A program made the translations under genes and the position numbers. A stretch of 64,000 bases of DNA. Source: Anolis carolinensis (Eukaryota). The notes under the pieces are model-generated. The model did not search any database and had not been told where the DNA came from. It worked only from the letters and a program-made list of their open reading frames with translations. Where the stretch lies: contig NC_085843.1 in the NCBI RefSeq assembly GCF_035594765.1, positions 79,027,971 to 79,091,970 on the forward strand. The letters are read 5' to 3'. Below, in pieces: positions 49,358-60,331 of the stretch (positions are counted from its first letter, which is position 1; the number at the start of each line of letters is the position of its first letter).

Positions 49358-50170
49358 GTAAGTATATGCACTCTGATCATAATGCTGTTTAAAGTATAAT
49401 TTAGGGATTTTAAGATAGATGTCCCTAACATAACAAAGCAATTGTCATTTGCTTAAGTAATTCTACATTCAGATTCCCAGTCTTCTTGTAGAGCGCAGCA
49501 GATCATGTCATATCTTGTTACTGAGATACAACACACTAGTTTTTATCTGTGGAGAATTGCTAGTGTTTTAAAAATAAGTTTCAATAAAGTCCAGTTCGGT
49601 TTGTAAAAAAAAAGGACAAAGGGTTACATTCACTACAGTGGGCCTTAAGTTTGATTTCAGGACGATCCCCAGCCCTTTAGTACCAAAATCCATGGATGCT
49701 AAATTCCCACTTTATAAAATGGGGTGGTAAAATGGCGTCACTTATATAAGATGGCAATATTAAGCTTTGCTTTTGAATTTTTTTAAATTTGTATTTTAAA
49801 TGGTAGAATCTGTAGATAAAGAGGGCTGACTATATAGTTTTGTAATAAAGTAGAAATTAATGTTTTATTCAAACTAATGCTAACCAGAACTGGTCTGTTG
49901 AGCAACCATTCTAAATTACAGTACATTGTATCCCTAGTAAAGTATGTTCTTTCTAATTTAATTGTTGAGAGGGCCACCATCATGGTAAATAAATTAGCAT
50001 GAAATATGGTAATCATGTGGTCCTCTAGATGCTATTGGATTGCATTTCCCAGCATTTCTCACTGCTTGTTCTGCTCTGTAATTAATAATGTTATTAATAA
50101 TTAAAATATCAACAAAACCTCCAAAATAAGTGAACTTGTATTTATGGTGCTTTCCCAATTTTCCATTCAG

Positions 50171-50434
50171 GTAAACGTAAAGAACTTGATTCGAGTGACA
50201 GTGGCACAGAAAGTTATGAGAGCTCAGACTCATTGCTACAGTCTTGGAACAGCCAGTCCTCCTTATCAGACGTTCAACGTGTGCCATCCTATGAGAGTTT
50301 TGAAGATGACTGCAGCCCGTCACTGTGTCTAAATAAGCCCACAATGTCTTTTAAAGACTACATACAAGAAAGGAGTGACCCTGTGGAGCAAGGAAAACCA
50401 GTTATACCAGCAGCAATTCTAGCAGGATTTACAG
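50171..50434 (+). CDS. ETS2: ETS2 exon 8 (serine-rich / autoinhibitory region)
   Basis: ttcag|GT AAA...ACA G|gtaaat; QSWNSQSS..QRVPSYESFEDD...SFKDYIQERSDPVEQGKPVIPAAILAGFT; 264 nt. Confidence 0.97.
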
Positions 50435-50713
50435 GTAAATCTTTATCTTTCTGCCTGTAAGGCAGTAAAAGAAAATCCCACTGTCCAGAGAATTGGAATA
50501 CTATTTTTGGTTGGTTAGTTTGTTGGTTTTTGAATTCCCATCTTCCAGTATCCACTTCTGGTGTTTGACAAACAATTAATTTTCCAACTTCTGCCAATAT
50601 CTCATAAAGAAGGTGCATATTAAGTAAAAGTTACAGCAAAGTAAGCTGCCTTTAGCACATCTGGCTAATTTGGAGTTTAAATTTTGCATTTATTGTCAGA
50701 ACAAAGATTAAAG

Positions 50714-50847
50714 CAGTGGTTCTCAACCTATGGGTCCCCAGGTATTTTGGCTATCCCTCCCAGAAATCCTAGCCAGTTCATCAGCTGTTAGGATTTCTGG
50801 TAGTTGAAAGCTAAAACATTTGGGGACCCACAGGTTGTGAACCACTG
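50714..50847. mobile_element. hAT MITE, intron 8
   Basis: TIRs as 23602; TSD gattaaag/aattaaag. Confidence 0.88.
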
Positions 50848-51100
50848 AATTAAAGTCTAGATTGTTACAGAGAATTCTCTGTATATGAAAGTCAAGTAAA
50901 AAATCACAGTTTGGCAATTGTGTTGTCCTGTTACTTTCTGAAATCATAGTTTCAGATAAAGTTTCTTCAGTTGGAATGAGCATTGAAATGGAACTCCATG
51001 GTATTGCAACTTATAAACACCAGCTGAGAGTGAAAGAAATTGGGAAGCCATTATAAACCATTGTGGTGTTTTTTAAACTCAGAAATTCTAGTAAATTCCT

Positions 51101-51101
<1 letters not shown>

Positions 51102-51150
<49 letters not shown>

Positions 51151-52236
51151 TTTATTCTTATATCCCGCCCCATCTCCCCGAGGGGACTCGGGGCGGCTCA
51201 CAGCAATAATAAAAACAGTGACAAATTACACATTATAAAATCAAACATAAAAAGCAGTCATACAATCAATACATACATCACATGTTAAAAACAAAGAGAT
51301 AAAACAGTTCTAGGCCGAAATAGAGGGCTTCTGTAGCTTCGAGGCAGAAGTACTCAGCAAGGTATCAATAATCATGGCAGAACACTCTCTAATTAAATTA
51401 AATGGGCAGACAAATCAACCCCCAAAAATTAGTCGTCGAAGGCCCTCTGGAAAAGCCAGGTTTTAAGGCTTTTTCGAAAGGCAAGGAGGGTGGGGGCCTG
51501 TCTAATCTCCCTCGGGAGTGAGTTCCAAAGGCGGGGGGCCACAGCGGAGAAGGCCCTCTCTCTCGTCCCCACCAGCCGCAACTGCGAAGGTGGTGGGAGC
51601 GAGAGGAGGGCCTCCCCCGAAGAGCGAAGAGATCGTGCAGGTTCAGGGGGATCGTGCAGGGGGAGATGCGGTCTCTAAGGTAGGTGGGTCCCAAACCGTT
51701 TAGGGCTTTGTAGGTGATAACCTGCACCTTGAATTGGGCCCGGAAAACAAACGGCAGCCAATGGAGCTCCTTAAACAGAGGCGTAGAACGCGCCCTGTAG
51801 TTTGCTCCTGTTAGAAGCCTGGCTGCCGAGCGCTGAACTAATTGCAATTTCCGGGCCGTCTTCAAAGGCAGCCCCACGTAGAGTGCATTGCAATAATCCA
51901 GTCTAGAGGTAACTAAGGCGTGGACCACCGTAGTCAGATCAGACTTCTCGAGGTATGGTCGCAGCTGGCGCACAAGTTTTAATTATGCAAAGGCCCTCCC
52001 GGCCACAGCCAACACCTGGGCCTCAAGCGTCAGCCCCGAATCCAGGAGGATCCCCAAGCTGCGGACCTGCGCCTTCAGGGGGAGTGCAACCCCGTCAAGC
52101 ACAGGTTGCCACCCAATACCCCAATCAGACATACGACTGACTTGGAGGACCTCTGTCTTGTCAGGATTAAGTCTCAGCTTGTTCACCCTCATCCAGGCCA
52201 ACACAGCGGCCAGGCACTGGTCCAGAATCCGAGGGG
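51102..52236 (-). mobile_element. Young 5'-truncated L2 LINE with (AAT)n tail, intron 8
   Basis: ORFs WMRVNKLRLNPDKTEVL and LRPYL...VHALVTSRLDYCNALYVGLP...ELHWLP; CpG-rich. Confidence 0.93.
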
Positions 52237-52474
52237 CTTTATACTATGTATAAACTTTTACTCCTGACAAATTCTGGTACAAGGTTTAGCCTTTTAACCA
52301 GGGGTCCCCAAACTTTTTAAACTGGGGGCCAGTTTAATGTCCCTCAGACTGTTGGAGGGCCGGACTATAGTTTTTTAAAAAACTACGAACAAATGTATAT
52401 GCACACTGCACATATCTTATGAGCCTGCTTTTGGCTAATAAGATGGTCAATGTCTGGTTCCATATTTGATCCCC

Positions 52475-52646
52475 CAGGCAGGAATCAGCCAGGCCTCAAA
52501 GCTGCAAGGCTTTTCAATATTAATCAAGGTGGTCAATTGAAACATTCACATTGGCCTTTAACAGAGAAGAGTTTTTTTCTCCCACCCTGGACCTTCCACA
52601 GATATATAAACCTTCCTTGCCTAGTTTCCAACAGACCTCACAGCTT
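52475..52646 (+). mobile_element. Penelope pLTR upstream part (with TATA-like ATATATAAA)
   Basis: Ends in tagtttccaacagacctcacagc, the sequence that precedes the hammerhead at 33280-33303. Confidence 0.55.
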
Positions 52647-52788
52647 CAAAGAAATTTAGCAATGTGTTTCCTTTAGGAATACTGCTGTATGACTACTATT
52701 ACAACAGCAGCAGCAGCAACAACAACAAATACTAATAATAGTATTTTAAATGTATGATAAAGCTCAACTCACTATTTCTCTTTTTTCA

Positions 52789-53113
52789 GAGGCCCCTTCC
52801 ACACAGCCCTATATCCCAGAATATCAAGGCAGAAAATCCCACATTATCTGAGTGTGGACTCAGATAACCCAGTTCAAAGCAGATATTGTGGGATTTTCTG
52901 CCTTGATATTTTGGAATATAGGGCTGTGTGGAAGGGCCTGTAATATGTGAAGAAAGGTGACTTAGGCCCCTTCCACACAGCTGTATAAAATCCCACATTA
53001 TTTGCTTTGAACTGGGTTATATGCCAGTGTGGACCCAGATAACCCAGTTCAAAGCAGATATTGTGGATTATCTGCCTTGATATTGTGGGTCACATGGCTG
53101 TGTGGAAGGGCCC
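52789..53113. mobile_element. Two near-perfect palindromic Harbinger-like MITEs (52789-52938, 52965-53113)
   Basis: ggccccttccacacagc...gctgtgtggaagggcc; the second has TTA TSD. Confidence 0.85.
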
Positions 53114-53603
53114 TTAGTGGCTAAATGCATTGCGTAATTATAGCAGAGTGATGTCACTTTACCTGCCTTGGTTCCATCCTATGAAACACTGGGATCTATA
53201 GTTTGGTTTATAACCATTTCCCATGTTGATCACCTTTGCCTGGACACCTCCACTGTGTCAATATACTGCATTTCCTGGATTGACTTACTAGAAGCAGCTT
53301 TGTTTAACCCAGTCTGGGAAAGACGCCTGTGGCTTTTGTGGCTTTCCCCCAAAAGTTTGATTTCATATTATTTTGTTTTATCCTATTTTCCCTTGCAGTT
53401 TTTATATTAATTTTCAACTTTTAATTTCCTCTTAATCTATTGCAGTGTGGGAGGAGAATTGTATAATTATGTTATACAACCAATTTTAAATTACTTTATA
53501 GCAATTTTTGACATGCTAAATGCCCCTAGTTGATTCCTGTCTGATATGGGTTGAAATTCTGTGTTCTTCTTGAATTGGAAGGCTTTTAGTGATTGTTAGG
53601 AAA

Positions 53604-53820
53604 GGTTGTTGTGAGTTTTACAGCCTGTCTGGCTATGCTCCAGAAGCATTCTCCCCTGACATTTCACCCACATCTATGGCAGGCATCCTCAGAGCCTCTG
53701 AGGATGCCTGCCATAGATGTGGGTGAAATGTCAGGACAGAATGCTTCTGGAGCATGGCCAGACAGCCCGGAAAACTCACAGCAGCCCAGTGATCCCAGCC
53801 ATGAAAGCCTTCAAAACAAT
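53604..53820. mobile_element. Head-to-head inverted Penelope pLTR pair with two hammerhead motifs
   Basis: Arms 53604-53694 and 53696-53786 around a single C; hammerhead at 53695-53735 (+) and 53655-53694 (-). Confidence 0.85.
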
Positions 53821-54299
53821 GTTTGTCTTGATGACTGAAGCAGCGGGTGGGGGAGGGACTTAGGGGCCCAATCGCCATTCTCCTTTTCCTCTCCTTTCTT
53901 CCTCATCTTCCAAAGCGGCGGGCAGAGGAGGGCCCGCTCGTCGTTGTCCTCCTATTCCTATTCCTCTCCTGCCTTCTCTTCCAAAGCGATGGTGGAGGCT
54001 GCTTCGGGAGAAGAGGAAGGAAGGCGAGGAAAAGGAGGAGAGCGAGCAGGTCCTAAAGTCCCTCCTCCGCTCGCCTGCTGCCAAGCCAGCAGAAGCAGCA
54101 CCGCTTAAGAAGAAGCAGTACAGTAGCAGCAGCAGCCTTCCTCCTCTTGGCTGTTCCTCCCTCCCGCCCAGGGTAGGCCGCGGGCCGGATAGATGGCCTC
54201 AGAGGGCCTCATGTGGCCCGCGGGCCTTAGTTTGGGGACCCCTGCTTTTAACAGTAATATGTGTAGTATTCTACTATTCTAAGTGGTATTTTTCATGTA

Positions 54300-54944
54300 C
54301 AGTGTTCCCCCGCTACTTTGCGGTTGGCTTATTACAGATTTCCTGTTTCGCAGGAAAAATGATTTTTTATTTATTTACCCTGCTGCTTCTCCTCAGGGCT
54401 GCCTCTTCCAGGGAAGAAGGAATGCCGCTCCGCTCGGTGAGTGAGCGAGGGTGGGTGGGTGAGAGAGTGAGGGTATGCGGCAGCGGCAGAAGAAGAGTGT
54501 GGAAGAGGCGGCCAGGCTCCTCTTCTTCCGCTGCTCCAACTGGCCATGCCAGGAAACGTGGAGGATCGGAAGAGAGAGTGGGACAAGTGGAGGACTCCGC
54601 CTCATCTTCCAAGTCCTCCACGTTTCCCGGCATGGCCGGCTGGAGCAGCAGCAGAAGAGGAGTCTGGCCGCCTCTTCCAGGCTCTTCTGCCGCTGCTGCC
54701 ACCCACCCTCACTCTCACCCACCCTCCCTCCCTCACTCACTGAGTGGAGCGGCATTCTTTCTTATCTGGTAAAGGCAGCCAGAGCAACATGGCAGGGCCG
54801 AAGCAAGGGAGCAGCCCTGAGGAGGAGAAGCAGCAGCAATGGGGTAAATAAAATAATGTATAAATATTAAAATTAAAATAGCGTCCCTACTTGTATCGTG
54901 GGTGGTCCTGGAATGTAGCCCCTGCGATAAGTGAGGGAACACTG
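54300..54944. mobile_element. Tc1/mariner-type MITE with large internal GC-rich inverted repeat
   Basis: TA-flanked cagtgttccc / gggaacactg; internal fold-back about 54365-54855. Confidence 0.85.
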
Positions 54945-55023
54945 TACATGTTGTGCATGCATGTGTGTGAGAGAGACAGAGGGAATGAGTTATGCTTTGA
55001 CAACCTTCTCTTGATCTTTACAG

Positions 55024-55142
55024 GCAGTGGGCCTATACAGCTGTGGCAATTCCTTCTAGAACTATTAACTGACAAATCATGTCAGTCATTCATTAGCTGG
55101 ACTGGGGATGGATGGGAGTTCAAACTTGCTGACCCAGATGAG
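55024..55142 (+). CDS. ETS2: ETS2 exon 9 (ETS domain, N-half)
   Basis: tacag|GC AGT...GAG|gtgagt; [39 protein letters not shown]; 119 nt. Confidence 0.98.
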
Positions 55143-55337
55143 GTGAGTAGTTCAGTTGTTATGGCTAAAAATCCTATTCTCAAAGCCTGAAAGACGAACC
55201 TTTCCAAGCTCTGCCCATTCTTATATGGGACTGTCAAGCAGCTACAATCTACCATAGCACTTAAAATCAGCTAATTGATTCTCTTGTCAAATACTTGACT
55301 AAAATAACTCTGTTTTCCCCCACTGTTTTGGCTTAAG

Positions 55338-55553
55338 GTTGCACGGCGATGGGGCCGAAGGAAAAACAAGCCCAAAATGAACTATGAGAAGCTTAGCCGT
55401 GGCCTGCGCTATTACTATGACAAAAACATTATTCACAAGACTTCAGGGAAACGCTATGTATACCGTTTTGTGTGCGACCTACAGAACCTGTTGGGATATA
55501 CAGCAGAAGAGCTGCATGCAATGCTAGGAGTACAGCCGGACACAGAGGACTGA
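55338..55553 (+). CDS. ETS2: ETS2 exon 10 coding part (ETS domain C-half, stop)
   Basis: taag|GTT GCA CGG; [71 protein letters not shown]. The LADPDE/VQPDTED signature fits ETS2 rather than ETS1. Confidence 0.98.
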   Translation, partial: VARRWGRRKNKPKMNYEKLSRGLRYYYDKNIIHKTSGKRYVYRFVCDLQNLLGYTAEELHAMLGVQPDTED

Positions 55554-58500
55554 GACAGCCTGGTGATATTGATGCAAAATGCAAGAATGCATGAACTGTG
55601 AATGGAACCTTCTGCACCAGTCATTGGTTTGATCCTCTGGCTGTTTAGGGGGGTGCACTGTTAACCACCTTAAAGAAGTGCTTTTGTTCTTGTGGAAGGA
55701 AAGAAATGGCCTTATTCTTGGGCGCTCTGGCTACGTCTGTCCTCTTGAACAGCATTGAGGTCAGCACCGTTCCCAGCTGTAATCTGAACCTGTGAAAGTG
55801 TCTGAGGGCTTGTTCTCTGTGTTGTGTACACCGCCGTATCATTAAGGGTGTTTACTCCCTACCAAAGGCTGATAGCCATTGGCATTTCTATCACAAAAAA
55901 GAAATTCTCCTAAAATAGCAGCCTTGCAGATGTCAACATGTTGTGGTGTGTGCGCTTATAACAGAAAGGGTGAGCTGTCTTTCAAGTAATACAAGTGCTG
56001 AAGTGAATTTTCAATGGGCATTCTTTCAAATAACGTGTTTTACTACTTGATGCCAACAGACAGGTTGCATAACCCTGGAACCAGGTGGAGCAATGACAGG
56101 TGTTCCTCACAGGGATGGAGGAATTCATACTGTTTCAGACATCTACATATGTCTGTGTGTGTATAATATGCATATGTGTATTTGTAAGCATGTTTGTACA
56201 ATTTCCTGACAATTTATGCTTCTATTTAATAGTTATTATATACTGTAATTTAAGCTCATGTAAGCATTTGAAAGAGAAAGAAAGCAAATGTTTCATTTTG
56301 AAACAGTAGCATCTGGAAGAATTTACTCTGTGGAAGGAGTTAATGAGATACAATAGAATAGGCACATGCCAAGTGCCATTGTTGTACAAAATGGTGTGGT
56401 CACAGCTACCAAACTCTGGAAGCATTTTTTTCACAATCGACTAATAGTGCAGTCTACAGCATAAAGGCTCAGTTTGACTCTCTTCTCCCCTGCAATGAAA
56501 TTGAAAATGCTAATATTGTTTAAAAATTATTTATTGATGGGTTTTCCCATGCATGCCCTTTAAAATGTATATACAATCTTTATTTTTCTCTCATTCCACT
56601 ATTTCCCACCCTCTTTCCCTCACCTAGAATTATCTTAATTAAAATATGGATTCTATTTTTGGTAATGTTTCTGACACCATTTCAGTGATTTAGAGAAAGA
56701 TGTGTAGCAGCTATTTTTACTGCCAAAAAGTTCACTGGAAATGTGATTTGTATGACTATTTTTTAATCTGAGTTTGATGTAAATGTACAGTGTGAGGTTT
56801 AAAGGTACCAAATTTTATTAAAACCTCTTGAACAAAGATCAGGAGCTGTGAATGTTTGTTTACAATTTCTCAGCTGTCTTCAAATTTCTTCATCTGCTGA
56901 TGCAGTTTTAAGTTTCTGATAAGGTGATAAGAGATGATAATATCTTCTTGCAAATGCCAAAATAATGAGGCTGATCCAACATTGTATGGATAGTTGATGG
57001 AGGCAGAAAGTACCTACATCTGTGCCTTACTTGGGTAGATTTGATGCTTCCATTGAACAGAATGGGCAATAACTGAAAAGATTATATAATCTAGAGTATA
57101 ATCCTTAAATTCTTCACTATGAAATTGTTTTGAATTAGACTTTGAAAGGAAAGCACTTCTTTGATTTTGTGTTAATTACTGCAGGAACTTTGCAGAATAA
57201 TTCAAAAATGTATTAAAATTTTCATGTGAAACGTGTTAAATGGACCCAAAGCATCAGCATTTGCTACAGTTCCTATGAATGGCCTCTCTTTGTTTGCATA
57301 AATGAACCCCCCCCCCCCCCCAGTGGATCCTATATTTTGAGCTTTTCATAACAGGAGCTTCCTAGCACTTGCTTTTATAAACTCGTTAAGAAGAGATATT
57401 GAAAACATTGCTAATTTTCTCAGTATTTGGAATGAACTTTCAGACAAGACTATTCCTTTCAGATATTCTAAGAACATTTACGTTTCTTTGTAGGAGGCGG
57501 TCATATTTTCAAGAAAACAATGTTGTTTCTTAGAAGCTCTGGTTGTCGTAATTCATATGCCAGACATGTGACTGATAAAAACACTGGGGGTACAGATATA
57601 TATTCTTAGAAATGGAAGGAATTCAAATTATAATTTGGTGCATGTGTTCCTTTTTTATGAAGGAGTCTTGTATTTTGAGCATGTGAAATGCGATGGGAAG
57701 CGCACAACCTCAAAGCCTATGACTAAATATAATTTGCCTCCTGTAAAATGAGATTTTTCAAAGTACAGATCGTTCTGAATAATGTTTTCTCTTGTGGCAG
57801 TTTAGGGGCAGGGAGTGCAAATGCTTGATTTATTTCAAAGCATCTGCCTTCATCAATTTTGTGCTCTTTGCTTTGTAAATAATGCCATGGAATTTCAAGC
57901 AGTGCAAACTGGGAGAGTCTCTTATATATCTGTATTCAGTGCAAATGATGTACTGTACTTCTCTCCAGCCTTGAAATCCATGGCAAAGCAATGCACTGTG
58001 CTTTTCAGTCCGGTTCCCCATCCAGAACCTACAACTCTGACAGCAGTATGATCACCCAATGGAAATTATTACGGGAGAAAACTTTCTAACAAGTTGCCCA
58101 TTAATATTGATGCAGCAATTGTACCAATGTGGTTTATTGAAGCCTAAAAACTATATACGAAATATTAAGATATAGAATCTGAACATGTCACGGAATTCAG
58201 ATGATCTATACATTATTGTGATGTAATTCAAAAACATGTATTTGCTAGGATAACTTGGAATCTAATTTTAATTGCAAAGTATAAAGCCATTGTCTCCGTT
58301 TCTACTGTAGAGAAGTCCGTCTCCTACAAATGAAATGAGCAGGTCTTAGCCACTGAAATGATCTAGGAGAATGGAGATTATGAATTAAAGCCATCATAAA
58401 TGTGACAAAAATAAGCAGAATGTGAGGAGCAGTTTCAATTTCTTTGGTGCCACTAGGTCATGTATTATGAAAAGGGATTTTCTCACACCAGCCTTCAAGA

Positions 58501-58830
58501 TTATTGGGAATAAGCATTATACTATTGTAAAATGAGGGCTTCCCTGTATTTTTGAACTTTTAGAGTTCTTTAAAAAAAACCTCTATCAGAACAGAAGCAA
58601 TTTGCAATAGGGAAAAATACAAAATAGTGTGAGATTCTGAAAATACATGTCAAGAACAATTGTTTGAGCATTCTTTAAATTTAATGAAGGAAAAATGTCT
58701 AAATTATATTAACTTTGTATTCAGCTTGTTACGAGGCTAGGGAAATTGACTGACTGTGACCTGTAAGGAAAACTGTTAGGATACAGACATGTTGGCTGAG
58801 AGTAAAAGCGATTCAGTAAAAAATAAATAA
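55554..58830 (+). other. ETS2: ETS2 3' UTR (end uncertain)
   Basis: No recognisable TE. ATTAAA near 56638, 56817 and 57212; first AATAAA I found is at 58822. Confidence 0.5.
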
Positions 58831-59998
58831 TTTAAAGTAAAATATAATTGGGTTATTGATCCATTATGCTATGAAACAAATTGCCTTCATTCCCCCTGCC
58901 CCCATCCTTTTTCCTTTAGAGAGCTATATTATGTATCATGGCTGTCATGACAACCTTCTCAGATACCTTCTGGGCATCGCTAGACATATGCTGAATATTA
59001 TGAAAAAAACCTTGTCCTTAGTGATGTCACAGGAGGTATTTGTTAAGGTTGCCATGACAGTGGAGCACATATCTTTCGCAACCATACAAGTGAGGGAAGA
59101 CATTGTTGTCCAACACAGAAGAAACAAAAACTTTCCACTGTGCCATGCTGGTTAAAAATAAATATAGGAACTGGAAACTAAACCATAGTGAAGTCATGGG
59201 CGATTACTATGGGTACACATGGACCCATAAAGTTATAAAAGATGTTCTGAATTGAGAGGTGAATGTGTTAACGTTGTGGTAAGATTGATATCCTTGAAAA
59301 TTACTGCATTTCTACTGAAATAATGAGGTCACGACGAGTGGGAAACGACTATGCGACTGAGCAGCAGCATAAGCAATGAGTGCAAAAGCCTGTAATCATT
59401 TACAGTAAAGCAGAAGAAGAAATGTTGCATCACAGTACTAAGAATGACTCTTGCAAAGAGGGACTAGCATTTTTTTAAAACAACCATTTAGTCAGCTGTC
59501 AAACTGATGTGGTGTAATAGCTGGGCTTTTTATGAGTTTTCTGCATTAACTATTCATATTAAATCTGGGTAGCAGAAGACAGCCTTTTTCCAACCTGGGG
59601 GCCACCAGTTATATTTGAATTCAACTCTCATCTCTGACTGCCACTCATTTCAGTTCATAGAGAGGGGGAATAGAAATAGTCCAAAATACCTGGAGCATAC
59701 CAGATGGGGGAAAGTTGGCATAAGGTGTCACACAGCAATTCTTTTTAAAAAAACAACATTGATGTCTAATTTGAGTTTAGGATTTGGCTCTGACAACACA
59801 TTTAATAAAACTTCAGCATAGGGGTACCTGGAGAACAGAGGTTCTAAAGTCATCTGTGGAGTGTCAACCAGCTCTCACATGTTGAAGTTTCAGAAAGAAA
59901 GGACTTCCAGAGGGAAATTCAAAGTGGATCTATGCCCCACCATGTTTAATTTCTGAAATGTAGCTTTGCATAATATACGGAGGGTTTCTCCCCACATC

Positions 59999-60331
59999 GG
60001 AGCCCCCGATGGCACAGTGGGTTAAACCTTTGAGCTGCTGAATTTGCTGACCCAAAGGTTGGCGGTTCAAATCTGGGGAGCGGAGTGAGCTTCCACTGTT
60101 AGCCCCAGCCTCTGCTAACCTAGCAGTTCAAAAACATGCAAATGTGAGTAGATCAATAGGTGCTGCTCCAGTGGGAAGGTAACGGCGTGCCATGTAGACA
60201 TGTCAGCCACAAGACCTTGGAGGTGTCTACAGACAACCCTGGCTCTTCAGCTTAGAAATGAAGATGAGCAACAACCCCCAGAGTCAGACACGACTGGACT
60301 TAATGTCAGGGGAAAATCTATCTACCTTACC
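59999..60331 (+). mobile_element. Sauria SINE, full length
   Basis: Head, body and tail as 15612; TSD ttctccccaca (59986-59996, 60332-60342). Confidence 0.92.

Larger units (their letters stand above)
52299..54244 (+). mobile_element. hAT non-autonomous element, 1946 bp, with nested cargo
   Basis: Perfect 16-bp TIR caggggtccccaaact / agtttggggacccctg; perfect 8-bp TSD cttttaac (52291-52298, 54245-54252). Confidence 0.9.

Noticed and set aside
51398-52204. Active reverse transcriptase gene
   Set aside because: 5'-truncated L2 lacking the catalytic core, with frameshifts including a gatcgtgcagg duplication at 51631-51660.
54302-54870. Several 110-156 aa ORFs on both strands with repeated peptides
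   Set aside because: Artefact of the GC-rich inverted repeat inside a MITE.
55021-55030. Functional tandem acceptor cag|gcag at exon 9
   Set aside because: The distal AG is 4 nt away and would frameshift the ETS domain; no sequence evidence for its use.
40737-55553. ETS1 or a pseudogene
   Set aside because: The N-terminus, LADPDE and VQPDTED C-terminus match ETS2; the frame is intact with canonical splice sites.
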